DNA of 61,993 nucleotides from an uncultured Candidatus Poseidoniales archaeon (GTDB lineage: Archaea; Thermoplasmatota; Poseidoniia; Poseidoniales; Thalassarchaeaceae), in NCBI GenBank assembly GCA_902530535.1, contig CACAAP010000004.1, positions 1 through 61,993 on the forward strand, given 5' to 3'. The notes beneath the pieces were generated by a model. It worked only from the letters and a program-made list of their open reading frames with translations, did no database searches and had not been told where the DNA came from. Numbering within the stretch: the stretch's first letter is position 1; every line of letters begins with the position of its first letter. Both the position numbers and the translations under genes were made by a program. This document shows, in pieces, positions 28,719-38,716 of this stretch.

Positions 28719-29812
28719 AGGAATCCGCCGGCAATTCCCAGGTCTGCGACGACCAGCATTGCCACCGCCTCGACAACAGGTGCTGCTCTCGGGCCAATCA
28801 CTGGATCGTGCCTTCCGCCGACCTTCAGTGACTGTTTCTTATTACTAGGGAGATGCAGTGTGAATTGCTCTCTCGGTAGACTGCTTGGTGGTTTGAAGTG
28901 CACCAACACCCGTAACGGGGCCCCAGTCGATCTGCCTCCTAGGGCTCCGTCCGCATCTCCAGTCTTGGCTCCTTCCAACTCGGGCATATCATCACCTGGT
29001 GCCCACATGTCATTATTCTCTGACCCCCTCATCCTTGATGCCTCGGTGCCATTAGAGAACTCTATTGCCCTAGCTCCAGGAATTGCCATGAGTGCTCTCG
29101 CAAGAGACGGCTCCAGTCCGTCGAACCATGGTTCTCCGACACCAATGGGAAGCCCGAGAATCAATAACTCTACCACCGAGCCAATTGAGTCCTTCTCCCT
29201 TCGGATTTTTCTTATCGATTCCCCCATTCTTACTGCTGCGTCGGGATCTCTGCAGTTTAGCCTGGACATCTCCGTTCCCTCTTCGAGGGCCTTCGAAGTA
29301 TCGAGATGAATCAATGGCCTAGCGGAGATGTCCCCCACTCTGCTTAGATGGGCGTGACAGGACCACCCTGCTTCGTCCAGCATCTTCCTGACCTGACTTC
29401 CAGCTGCCACTAATCCAAGAGTTAACCTAGCAGACTGTGACCCTCCTCCTCGGGGATCGTTGGATCCACTGGATCTGATTTCCTCAACCATGTCAGCATG
29501 GCCTGGGCGTGGATGGTCGGGAAGGAAACTATAGTCAGATGACCGCGCATCTGAGTTTCTAGCAATTATTACCAACGGCCAACCTGTTGCCTTTCCCTCA
29601 TGAACTCCTGACAGAATCTCGCATTCGTCAGTCTCCAATCTGGCTGACATTCCTCTTCTTCCGGGTTTTCTGAGAGATAAGTCGTTCACAAGAGCATCCA
29701 AGTCAATTTCTGTCCCTGGAGGAATTCCCTCGAATAGCGCACCTACACACTTGCCGTGGCTTTCCCCAAATAGCGTGACTTTCAGATGCTCACCAAGTTC
29801 CATCCCCATCAT
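28715..29812 (-). CDS. aroC: chorismate synthase
   Basis: LKVTLFGESHGKCVGALFEGIPPG, the LSLRKPGRR motif and GGRHDPVIGPRA motifs. Confidence 0.9.
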   Translation of the reverse strand: MMGMELGEHLKVTLFGESHGKCVGALFEGIPPGTEIDLDALVNDLSLRKPGRRGMSARLETDECEILSGVHEGKATGWPLVIIARNSDARSSDYSFLPDHPRPGHADMVEEIRSSGSNDPRGGGSQSARLTLGLVAAGSQVRKMLDEAGWSCHAHLSRVGDISARPLIHLDTSKALEEGTEMSRLNCRDPDAAVRMGESIRKIRREKDSIGSVVELLILGLPIGVGEPWFDGLEPSLARALMAIPGARAIEFSNGTEASRMRGSENNDMWAPGDDMPELEGAKTGDADGALGGRSTGAPLRVLVHFKPPSSLPREQFTLHLPSNKKQSLKVGGRHDPVIGPRAAPVVEAVAMLVVADLGIAGGFL

Positions 29813-30663
29813 TGCACCTCCGAAATCTCATCTTTCACATAAATACCTGTTGAAATAACCTCCAATCCAGATTCGGAAAATAGCTTGGAAAGAGATGTCG
29901 AATCTTCCTGGAAGCATACGATTGCAATTGATGGTCCGGACCCACTAATGCCGGCTGCAATGGCTCCGGATGCGATGCTCAAATTGCAAATTCTCAGGGC
30001 CTCTTGATCAACGGTTGCTGCTGCAACGGCCATTCCATTTGATGACAATGCATCTAGAATTGATCCTCTCATTATGGAAGCCAGTGACCTCTCGAATATC
30101 TGCTCATACTTCGAAAAGGCCTCAGATGAAATCTCCACTGATCTTTTCCCCCTTAGTAGTAGAAGTATCGAAAGGCTAGGATCAATGTCCCCTTGGAGGA
30201 TAATTGACTCAGATGCAGATAGGGCGGGGTCAACTAGCTTCCAGCCCGGTTCCAATGACGCCCAATTATCGTCCATGCTACCAGTCTTAGCACAGTTCGA
30301 GATAAGTTGTGAGTTGGCGGCGATATCCGCAATCTCAGAGTTAGAAAGGCCAGCCCAGGCATATGAGTTGAGGGCCCTGAGAGCTGCACAAGACAATGCT
30401 GAGCTCGACTTGAGCCCCTGGCCAATAGGGATTGAGCTGTCCACCTTCCATCCGAATTGGTCGGGGATTGGGAGGCCCCTATCCCTCCAGCATTTCTCTA
30501 CTGCAGCGAGAAGACCGTTTCTGTCATCTTCAATTCTAACCGAATCTTCTACTATCTGAACCTTGGTGGTTAGTTGGATGCCAATAGAGCATCCCCTACC
30601 CAATCCCAGAGCGTGGAGGATGGATATCGCGCCGTTCGATTCGCCCTCCCCTAGCACCTTCAC
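29809..30663 (-). CDS. aroK: archaeal GHMP-type shikimate kinase
   Basis: GAISILHALGLGRGCSIGI and PIGQGLKSSSALSCAA GHMP motifs. 4-nt overlaps with both neighbouring aro genes. Confidence 0.8.
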   Translation of the reverse strand: MKVLGEGESNGAISILHALGLGRGCSIGIQLTTKVQIVEDSVRIEDDRNGLLAAVEKCWRDRGLPIPDQFGWKVDSSIPIGQGLKSSSALSCAALRALNSYAWAGLSNSEIADIAANSQLISNCAKTGSMDDNWASLEPGWKLVDPALSASESIILQGDIDPSLSILLLLRGKRSVEISSEAFSKYEQIFERSLASIMRGSILDALSSNGMAVAAATVDQEALRICNLSIASGAIAAGISGSGPSIAIVCFQEDSTSLSKLFSESGLEVISTGIYVKDEISEVQ

Positions 30664-31595
30664 TTCTCCACCATCTCCCCATCAAATGCGATTCCAATGT
30701 GCCTAACTCTATCGTCTGTGAATGCCGTTATCTTATCTCCAGCCTTTGCATCTGTAACTGAAACGACTGTCCCCGTTGGGGAAACAAATCTAACTGTCTC
30801 TGCTTGCTGAACGACTGTCTGGCCGTCTTCTCCAGAAATCTCGAATCTGACAACGAGAAGGGGCCTCAATTCGATCTTCAGCCTACCTATGACGGCAGCT
30901 TCGATAGATTCAGAAGAAGACAGGATTGCTATTTCATCTCCAGTTTCTAATTCGCTCATGTACTTCGTCCTTCCATCTGCCATTAGGATGTAAGAGTGGA
31001 TCGCTCCAGCATTAATCCTGAATGGTCTATTGGGAACATATTCTGAGGAAATAGTTTCACCATGTACTAGACATAATTTTCCAGAAATAGAGCCAGTAGC
31101 TGCCCCTTGACCTTCGTTTATCCTTCTTGTCAGATCTATGCATACTCTCTCTCCAACTCCTGCACTTTCTATAGATAGGATTCTTGCCTCTGTGGGGTTT
31201 ATTTCTCTATTCTCGGGAGGTTCTTCCTTCGTCCATCTGTCTCCCAAAAACTCGACTGCTTCATTCACCATTCCTCCCGGAACCAGAATAGCATCGACAC
31301 CCCCGCCAAGTGCAAATGCTGCTCCGGAAATCTCTATTCCTCTATCTATTGCTGCGGCGATTCTTGTCTGAGTCCCTCTGGAACAGGCGACTAGATTCTC
31401 GAGGGGTATCATCGTCCAATCCGAGCATCTTACCAATATCCACGGTACAAGTCCGATGAGAGAAATTGCCTCATCCTGATCAGAGGGGACGTCGATTGAA
31501 ACTTCTGCCACATCATGGGAAGAGCCAGTCCACAAGCGAGAGACGAAATTTTGATTCGGGTCCAAGTTCTCTTCATTTTCTACCCATATCTGCAT
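30660..31595 (-). CDS. aroB': 3-dehydroquinate synthase II (archaeal type)
   Basis: GAIHSYILMADGRTKYMSELETGDEIAIL and IGRLKIELRPLLVV resemble conserved DHQS-II blocks. Lies directly downstream of ADH synthase. Confidence 0.75.
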   Translation of the reverse strand: MQIWVENEENLDPNQNFVSRLWTGSSHDVAEVSIDVPSDQDEAISLIGLVPWILVRCSDWTMIPLENLVACSRGTQTRIAAAIDRGIEISGAAFALGGGVDAILVPGGMVNEAVEFLGDRWTKEEPPENREINPTEARILSIESAGVGERVCIDLTRRINEGQGAATGSISGKLCLVHGETISSEYVPNRPFRINAGAIHSYILMADGRTKYMSELETGDEIAILSSSESIEAAVIGRLKIELRPLLVVRFEISGEDGQTVVQQAETVRFVSPTGTVVSVTDAKAGDKITAFTDDRVRHIGIAFDGEMVEK

Positions 31596-31599
31596 CCTC

Positions 31600-32394
31600 T
31601 CACCTCAGATGCCTAGAAGCCTCTGCTGCATTGGCCCCATCATGTACAACGGCCCTCAATGCTCTGATTCGGGAAGCCGGATCCTGAGAGGAGAATACAT
31701 TTCTGCCCATACAAACCCCGGATCCTCCTGCATTGATTGACTTCTCAACTAATTCCAGAATTTTCTCGAAGTCATCATTCTTGGGACCTCCAGAAACCAG
31801 TACCGGAATCGGAACCGAGGAGGTCACTATACTGAATGATTCCTCGCATCCAGTCCAAGGAACCTTGACGACGTTGCATCCCAACTCCCAAGCAAGTCTA
31901 GCCGCATGAGCGACTCCTGAAGTTGAGTCTGAATCATCCAAGTTCAGATTGCTCCCCCTGGGATAGAACATCCCCAATACCGGGATTCCTTTCTCAAGAG
32001 AATCCGTGGTTATCCTAGCCATCCTCTGGATCATCTCCGGCTCGGCCGGATCTCCGAGATTGACTTGTGCCGACATTGCAATTGCCCCCCTATCCAGACC
32101 CTCGGAAGGAGTAGCAACCAGGACCTTGTCTTGAGAACGGTCGCCCCCATGGATGGTGGACAAGGATGCGTGACAGACGAAGCGCCCCCATGACGTCCTG
32201 GCGAAGTGGTGGGAGATAGGTCCCTTCTGCATTACTATAGCATCTGCACCTCCTTCAATGACTGAATCAACAGCTTTGTGGGAGTCTAACAAACCCTGTT
32301 CGGGAAAGGAAGATGCACTATGGTCCATTGGGACCCAAACTCCTCTTCCATCCGGCAGAATCGTTTCCAAGCGGCTTGCAAGGACGTCTGTCAT
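31600..32394 (-). CDS. aroA': 2-amino-3,7-dideoxy-D-threo-hept-6-ulosonate (ADH) synthase, class I aldolase family
   Basis: VPMDHS, AIVMQKG and NVVKVPWTG (Schiff-base Lys region) motifs. Operon context with DHQS-II. Confidence 0.75.
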   Translation of the reverse strand: MTDVLASRLETILPDGRGVWVPMDHSASSFPEQGLLDSHKAVDSVIEGGADAIVMQKGPISHHFARTSWGRFVCHASLSTIHGGDRSQDKVLVATPSEGLDRGAIAMSAQVNLGDPAEPEMIQRMARITTDSLEKGIPVLGMFYPRGSNLNLDDSDSTSGVAHAARLAWELGCNVVKVPWTGCEESFSIVTSSVPIPVLVSGGPKNDDFEKILELVEKSINAGGSGVCMGRNVFSSQDPASRIRALRAVVHDGANAAEASRHLR

Positions 32395-32466
32395 GATTAT
32401 CGCCTATGTCCCCCTCTCTTGAAGGGTACCATTTGCCTCTTTCCTAGACAATAAACCGAATTGTAG

Positions 32467-33255
32467 TCACATCTCCAAGTCCACTATTACAGGGGCATGG
32501 TCGGAAACGACAAGCCCGCCCTCCCTCATTATCTGTGCAGATTTCATCAGGGGCCTCGCAGCCTTGTTTGCTAGGATGTAGTCAATCCTCCAACCCCTGT
32601 CCCTCTCCCTTGCTCGGCGGAAATTGGACCACCACGAATAGGGGCCCTTGACCTCTCCCACGTGAATACGTAGGAGGTCCGACCAACCAGATGCAAGCAT
32701 TCTATCGAACCATTCCCTCTCATGCTCCAAGAAACCCGAGGTGCGCTTATTTCCGGCTGGATCCCAAATATCATCCTCCGTGTGCGCGATATTCAGATCG
32801 CCGCAGAGAAGAGCGGGTTCATCGGAGTCCAGGAATTGCTGACTCCAGATTAACATGTCTTCGAGCCACTGATCCTTGTAGTCCTGGCGCTCTTGTCTTG
32901 CTGATCCATTTGGAAGATACATGTTGACGCAACTCAGATTGCCATGTTTTGTCACCAGTACCCTGCCTTCGGGGTCTCTAGTCTCATCAAGATCCGTATC
33001 TATTCCCCTGCCAATCTCAACCATCCCGACTCTTGAGCATGACATTACGCCAGAGTAACCCTTTTTCTGGGCTGGATGCCAAATCACCTCGTATCCCTCC
33101 GGCTCGGACCATTCTTTGGGCATCTGCTCGGGTAGAGCCCTAACTTCTTGGAATAGCATTACGTCGGCATCGATCCTCTCGATGAAATCATCAAGTCCCT
33201 TTCTATGGGCTGCTCGGATACCATTCAGATTCCAAGTTACGACTCGCATGTCCAT
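32467..33255 (-). CDS. xth: exodeoxyribonuclease III (AP endonuclease)
   Basis: MRVVTWNLNGIRAA, the LFQEVRA motif, GDLNIAHTEDD and SDHAPV motifs. Confidence 0.9.
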   Translation of the reverse strand: MDMRVVTWNLNGIRAAHRKGLDDFIERIDADVMLFQEVRALPEQMPKEWSEPEGYEVIWHPAQKKGYSGVMSCSRVGMVEIGRGIDTDLDETRDPEGRVLVTKHGNLSCVNMYLPNGSARQERQDYKDQWLEDMLIWSQQFLDSDEPALLCGDLNIAHTEDDIWDPAGNKRTSGFLEHEREWFDRMLASGWSDLLRIHVGEVKGPYSWWSNFRRARERDRGWRIDYILANKAARPLMKSAQIMREGGLVVSDHAPVIVDLEM

Positions 33256-33258
33256 GCG

Positions 33259-35721
33259 CTACTGCGATAGGTCTTTGACCTTCTCGACTAGATCCATCTT
33301 TCTGATCCTCCTCATACCATATGGGGTCAGAATGACAGAGATGAACACAACAATCCCGATTAGTTGCATTGCTACTGCCGGATCTGCTGATACTGTCATG
33401 TAAAATGACCACTGTACGAAAGACGAGACCATTGCTTGAGTTCCTACCAAAGTGAACACGAACGCCAAAACCCCTCCAATCAGGCCTATTGCCAAGTGCT
33501 CGCCGAACATCATCCAACCAAGTCTGTTCATTGGGGCCCCCAGAACCCTTAGCGTTGCAATTTCCCTATCTCTTTCTGAGAGGTTGATTATCAGGGTATT
33601 GAATAGCACGACTATTGCAATCAGGATTCCGAGAAACAGAATGGAGCCCAAGAAGCTCTGCTGCTGCTCTAGAATTGACTCGTATGAAGAGATAAGGTCC
33701 TCCTTCTCTATTACTACAAGTGAGACGTTGCCCAGGTCACTATCTGCAACCGCTCCCTCTGGAAGGGCTATCAGAACGGCTGTTGCTTCCACCCCTACTA
33801 TATTTGCCAGGTCTGATCTGTGGAAGTAGACAGTTCTGCTCATTTCCCCCTTAGTAATTCCAACAATCTCAACGGGCGCGGGGGTTGACCCGAACATGAG
33901 AGTCTGGATTTCTCCGATCTCCCATCCTAGGAAATGATTCAGACCTTCGTCAATTAGAATCTGATTAGTCTGAAGACCTGCTTCGGGAACCTTGCCTTCC
34001 TTTAGATCTAGTCGGATTAGTGCGTTGCTTTCCGTGGATAAGACTTCCATTCCATTAGCCAAAATGACTCGTGAGTCATTGACTGGATTTGCTGGGAAGG
34101 TAATGATTCTCTCGTGATAGCCACCCTTGTCATCCACCCAATTGATTACTTCATCCTCACCTCCCAACAACACATTGGCCTGGAGGTCCCAGTTCTGATC
34201 ATCTTCGACTGATCCCACGGTCATTTCTTCCATTGATGACATCATTAGAGTCGTGCTTCCGAACAGCAACATGGAGAGGCCTACTGCTAGGAACGTGAAG
34301 GTCAATCTTGCTGGTTTCCTGATACTCGATCTGATGGTCAAACCCGCAGTTGCGGGAAGTCTGGAAGTGATCTTCTGTATTTTCCTGGAAGAAATTCTGA
34401 TCTCATGCTCACCCCTCATTACCTCTAGGGGCTGGAGCCTGGATGCTTGTATGGCTGGCAGTATTCCTGAGAAAAGTACAACGGCTGTAGTAACCACTAC
34501 GATCTGCATTACAATTTGTCCGAGTTCCGTTGGTTGGAGAATGGGTATACCCATGAAGTCCTCATAGAACGTCAACATGGCAGGAGCACCCAAATACACG
34601 CCCAGAATCGCTCCGAGCAAAGATCCAGTGATTCCGATTCCTAGTGGCATGATGACATAGGATGGCATTATTGCCCATCTTGGGACGCCGAGTGTTCTCA
34701 AAATCGCAATCTCACGGGACTGGGATTGGACTAGCCTCTGAAGACTCAGGAATAGGGTGATTCCAGCAATGGCAGCTATCATTCCTGTAATCGGGATGTA
34801 AAACAGCATAGCTCCTTCGGCGTCAGCACGTAATATTTCCACTGAGAAAACTTGTGAGCGGTCGTAAATTAGAGAAGGTGAGTCTATTGAGTTTGAAACG
34901 ATCTCATCCATTGCTTGAGTGATAAAGGTGAGTTCTGGACCATCGTCCTCGTCGGTAGATGGGAGATTGTAATCTGGAGTGCCAAAGATGTCTATCAGGA
35001 GAAGATTCGAAGAGCCGCTGCTCATGTTAGCCAATCTCTCCAGTCCCTGTGATGATAGATACCCTGTAGCAAAGGTACCTGGCTCAGCGGGGAATAGATC
35101 TCCATCTTTTGCGTAGTAAAGATGGTTGGAGTGGAGACCGATCCCCACGACTGTAAAGTTCATTCTACCGTTTCCGGCACCTATGGTCACGGAATCACCC
35201 AAAGATATCTCCATCCCGGTTGCAACGTGGGCGTCGATGACTATCTCGGATTCCTCTGTGGCCATCCTCCCAGAACAGCAATCGTGGCTAGGCATCCATA
35301 CTCGATCAACGAATCCCTCGTTGATTCCGTGCCAGACGGCTGGGACGAGTTTCTCTTTCTGTTCCCCCGCCTCTGTTGTTTCGTAGAACATTGTCCCATC
35401 TAGCCTTAATCTAGGCTCGCATTCGTTGAGCACCAAATCGGATTCTGGCCAATTACTGGCGATATCCTCGCAAAGATAGGCTGAGGTTTCTCCATCCCAA
35501 GTGCCACTTGGGTTCTCTACCCACAGATCTGGAAGATTAACTGCGTTCTCCGAGTCCTCGTAGATTTCGTCATACATTCCAGAAACGGTATGAGCGTAAG
35601 CTGCGAATGATACTCCTGCAAACACTGCTACGACTACCATGGCTACCACGGCAGCGAGTCTGATCTTTGACCTCATCATGCTCCTTGCCAGACGCTTGTT
35701 CAGTAGGATGAGCATCCTCAC
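33259..35721 (-). CDS. ABC transporter permease, FtsX/MacB-like with two FtsX domains
   Basis: 820 aa. Two 4-TM FtsX modules (REIAILRTLG and REIATLRVLG motifs), each preceded by a large extracytoplasmic domain. Confidence 0.8.
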   Translation of the reverse strand: MRMLILLNKRLARSMMRSKIRLAAVVAMVVVAVFAGVSFAAYAHTVSGMYDEIYEDSENAVNLPDLWVENPSGTWDGETSAYLCEDIASNWPESDLVLNECEPRLRLDGTMFYETTEAGEQKEKLVPAVWHGINEGFVDRVWMPSHDCCSGRMATEESEIVIDAHVATGMEISLGDSVTIGAGNGRMNFTVVGIGLHSNHLYYAKDGDLFPAEPGTFATGYLSSQGLERLANMSSGSSNLLLIDIFGTPDYNLPSTDEDDGPELTFITQAMDEIVSNSIDSPSLIYDRSQVFSVEILRADAEGAMLFYIPITGMIAAIAGITLFLSLQRLVQSQSREIAILRTLGVPRWAIMPSYVIMPLGIGITGSLLGAILGVYLGAPAMLTFYEDFMGIPILQPTELGQIVMQIVVVTTAVVLFSGILPAIQASRLQPLEVMRGEHEIRISSRKIQKITSRLPATAGLTIRSSIRKPARLTFTFLAVGLSMLLFGSTTLMMSSMEEMTVGSVEDDQNWDLQANVLLGGEDEVINWVDDKGGYHERIITFPANPVNDSRVILANGMEVLSTESNALIRLDLKEGKVPEAGLQTNQILIDEGLNHFLGWEIGEIQTLMFGSTPAPVEIVGITKGEMSRTVYFHRSDLANIVGVEATAVLIALPEGAVADSDLGNVSLVVIEKEDLISSYESILEQQQSFLGSILFLGILIAIVVLFNTLIINLSERDREIATLRVLGAPMNRLGWMMFGEHLAIGLIGGVLAFVFTLVGTQAMVSSFVQWSFYMTVSADPAVAMQLIGIVVFISVILTPYGMRRIRKMDLVEKVKDLSQ

Positions 35722-35723
35722 AC

Positions 35724-36401
35724 CTATCCTACAATATCATCGGAGATGATTTTGCCACTATCTATCCTAATGACTCTTGTAGCATATTGCACCAGAGACT
35801 CGTCATGAGTGACGAATACACATGTGATTCCCTCTGAGTCGCACGCCTTGACTAGGACTTCCATGACAACAGATGATGTCCATGAGTCTAGATTCCCCGT
35901 CAACTCGTCTCCAAGAAGAAGCCTTGGCCTCTTTGCTAGGCTTCTAGCAATGGCTACTCTCTGCTGCTGGCCCCCACTGATCTCTGCTGGAAAGCGGTCG
36001 ACCTCGGCTTCTAGTCCTACAAGTGCTAGTAGATTACGAGCCCTATCTTCGTCCCTACTTCCTGCCAACTCCTGAATTAGCAGTAGGTTCTCCAAAACAG
36101 TAAGGTCCTGTAGTAGATTGAAGAATTGGAAAACGTATCCAATGTTCTCTCTTCTGAATGTAGTCATGGCCTCTGATTCGTTCTTTGGGACCTTGTTGCC
36201 CGAGAATTGGTATTCTCCGGATGTCGGGCTGTCCAATGCAGATAAGCAGTTGAGAAGCGTTGTCTTTCCAGAACCAGATGGTCCCAGAAGTATGATTCTT
36301 TCACCTTCATTTATCTCCAGATCTACCCCATCCAGAGCTCTTACTGTCTCTGAAGCCATTTGGTAGTGCCTCTCCAACCCACTTATTCTCACGAGTGCCA
36401 T
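35724..36401 (-). CDS. ABC transporter ATP-binding protein (MacB/LolD-like)
   Basis: GPSGSGKTT Walker A, ISGGQQQRVAIARSL signature and LLLGDELTGNLD Walker B. Confidence 0.9.
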   Translation of the reverse strand: MALVRISGLERHYQMASETVRALDGVDLEINEGERIILLGPSGSGKTTLLNCLSALDSPTSGEYQFSGNKVPKNESEAMTTFRRENIGYVFQFFNLLQDLTVLENLLLIQELAGSRDEDRARNLLALVGLEAEVDRFPAEISGGQQQRVAIARSLAKRPRLLLGDELTGNLDSWTSSVVMEVLVKACDSEGITCVFVTHDESLVQYATRVIRIDSGKIISDDIVG

Positions 36402-36449
36402 GTTTTTCCCAGTCTTACGAGTCGGTAGGTATTCAAAATGACTTCTGGA

Positions 36450-38600
36450 CTATGTATCCGAAGCGCCAGCGAAAAAGGCCATTGAGTCCTTGAATAGTTC
36501 CTCCCTTCTGAACCTCTTGTTGTCCCTGATCTTGAGCCATGTGAAACCAACTGCTAGCAAGAGGATGAAAGGGATGAATGCCTCTGCGTGGTACTTGTGC
36601 ATTACCTCGATTATCCCTCTCGCCGTATATGCCCATGTGATTGAGGCTGCTGTACCGCCGATGAAGCATGCAGCAAGAACCCTCTGGAATCTCATCCTGG
36701 CAACCAAGCCCAGCATGGCTCCCACTAATACGCCGCTAGCCATGAATGGGATCCACACGAAAACGATTAGCCCCCAGAACCCGTACTTGTCGATCCTCTT
36801 CCTGTTCTTATGGGCAACATACTCCACGGACGAAAGGATGTCCCCCATGAATGGATTCTGGAGAAGGGCTCCCGGGATTCCGCCTCTCTTTGCCACCATT
36901 GCCTCTCCTTCGTGTTCTTCTGTTCCCTGCTCGACTCTGCCTGCGACCGCTCTATCTCCTAGGGTTGATTTTTCGTTCCTTGCGCTCACAACAAGTGTTC
37001 GACCTTGCATTAGGGACTCTAGGTCATTTCCTAGATGATTCCTTAGATCTCCTTGAAGATTCTGATAGGTTGGCTTGAACAGGAAGTATGCGAACCTAGT
37101 CACGGGCCTGTAAATCACTCTGACGAATACTGCATCCTCATCGGCCAAAATTGCCGAACCGTAGTCAGCAACGTCGTGCTTCCGGAACCATCTGGACATG
37201 CTCTCTCTGAATGCCTCCTCGAGTTTACCGAACTGTCCCATCGAGGAAAAGAAGGAGCTGTAATCTTCAGATAGCCTGAGTTCCCCTAATTCACTGAAAT
37301 CAGTCACTTCTTCTGATTCGATTTCGGAGTCTGTACATACCGTCTTTATCTGGAGGGGCCTCATTTCTCCGAATATTCGAAACTCATTCAGGATGTCCTT
37401 GATGATCGTTCCTTTTACATCGATGGGACTGGCAATGGTCTTCCTAGAGGTATTGTAGGGCAGGAAAACATCTACCGAAATAGCACGATCCTGAACCTTT
37501 ATTGATGATAGATTTGGCTTGATGTGAAGTCTCTTCGATGCTTTTTCTATTGTTCGGACAATTAGTCTGTTCATTTGCTCACTTGTTAGGAGATCGTCTG
37601 TTTCCCTGTGATACAATCTGTGCATCAGAGGGTACTGGACGCATAGGAAGAATATCGACATCCCAAGAGATATCGTTGCCATGTACCAAGGAGGGACCTC
37701 GGCGTTGCCACCAGTTAGCATTGCTGTCTCTCTGCCACCGACCCACTCGGCCCCCATGAGGATCCACCCCCAAACCCCCATATCCTGAATCGTCATGCAA
37801 GCTCTAGTTTCTTCGTCTGACTTCTCCATCTCCCTGTGAGTTTCCCCGGACCCGAACAGGGAGGATGAGGAAGTGGTATGCAATTCTATTTCCAATTCCT
37901 TGAACGAAATTAGACTACCGGGACTTGCGACTGCCGCCAATATTTCTTCTTCGGACCATTCTCTTGAATCACTATCTGAAGACAAAATCCCGATTCTAAC
38001 AATGTAATGGCCGTCCTCCAAATCATCGCTATTCAATTCTATCGATAAGTCGCCCGTTCCCGATTCCCCCATCGTCAATGTTGGATCTCCTACGCCTCCA
38101 TCTGACTCAACAGAAGACTCGTTCCAGACTGCAAAAAGAATTCCAAATGTCGAAGAGGGTTCCAAGTTGTGACTCTCGATCTCTAGATCATTTCCCTGGA
38201 CCCAGGACTTGATCCAAACCTCACCTCTTCTGTCCACGCAGTCATTTGGGTCCAAAGGAGTCCCGGATAGAGTATCATCGATACTGATCGAGTCACCCAG
38301 AACCAATCCAGATGAGGCCAGGGTTATCATTCCGAAGAAAACCAAACCAGTCATCACGCCGAAGACCAGAGTGTAGTCGTCGAATGTCTTAGGAACGATT
38401 GTATTGACCAAGAAGCTCTTTCCTGGATTCTCCCTTCTATCCCTTATCCTATCCAAATCTTGATCCAACTTGTCATCCGATTCGGCATCATGAGTAACTA
38501 CCTCGTCCATGGTTTCATCCACTTCAGAAGTTGTCGATGAAAGGTCATCTTCAACCATTGGAAGCAGACGAGTGAGGCTAGCGTATGTGATGTTTTTCAC
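36450..38600 (-). CDS. large membrane protein with a C-terminal small-multidrug-export-like domain
   Basis: The C-terminal YGFWGLIVFVWIPFMASGVLVGAMLGLVARM region resembles the Sm_multidrug_ex family. The N-terminal 500 aa are unrecognised. Confidence 0.5.
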   Translation of the reverse strand: MKNITYASLTRLLPMVEDDLSSTTSEVDETMDEVVTHDAESDDKLDQDLDRIRDRRENPGKSFLVNTIVPKTFDDYTLVFGVMTGLVFFGMITLASSGLVLGDSISIDDTLSGTPLDPNDCVDRRGEVWIKSWVQGNDLEIESHNLEPSSTFGILFAVWNESSVESDGGVGDPTLTMGESGTGDLSIELNSDDLEDGHYIVRIGILSSDSDSREWSEEEILAAVASPGSLISFKELEIELHTTSSSSLFGSGETHREMEKSDEETRACMTIQDMGVWGWILMGAEWVGGRETAMLTGGNAEVPPWYMATISLGMSIFFLCVQYPLMHRLYHRETDDLLTSEQMNRLIVRTIEKASKRLHIKPNLSSIKVQDRAISVDVFLPYNTSRKTIASPIDVKGTIIKDILNEFRIFGEMRPLQIKTVCTDSEIESEEVTDFSELGELRLSEDYSSFFSSMGQFGKLEEAFRESMSRWFRKHDVADYGSAILADEDAVFVRVIYRPVTRFAYFLFKPTYQNLQGDLRNHLGNDLESLMQGRTLVVSARNEKSTLGDRAVAGRVEQGTEEHEGEAMVAKRGGIPGALLQNPFMGDILSSVEYVAHKNRKRIDKYGFWGLIVFVWIPFMASGVLVGAMLGLVARMRFQRVLAACFIGGTAASITWAYTARGIIEVMHKYHAEAFIPFILLLAVGFTWLKIRDNKRFRREELFKDSMAFFAGASDT

Positions 38601-38693
38601 GGAAAATTGTGCCTCGGATTATCCGATAATGGAATCTGATTCTGTAAGAGAGGTTGTTCGATTTAGAAATCGTAATTTTAGGCAATTTTAATG

Positions 38694-38714
38694 TCCTCCT
38701 ACTACGTAGGAGGA
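38694..38714 (+). promoter_or_regulatory. hairpin sequestering the Shine-Dalgarno sequence of the giant surface-protein gene
   Basis: TCCTCCTAC-TAC-GTAGGAGGA, a 9-bp stem with a 3-nt loop. The 3' arm contains GGAGG and ends 2 nt before the ATG at 38717. Confidence 0.4.
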
Positions 38715-38716
38715 GT

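Noticed and set aside
36433-37274. Small ORFs overlapping the 3' part of the 716-aa membrane protein gene
   Set aside because: They are nested or antisense, with no motifs. The long ORF explains the region.
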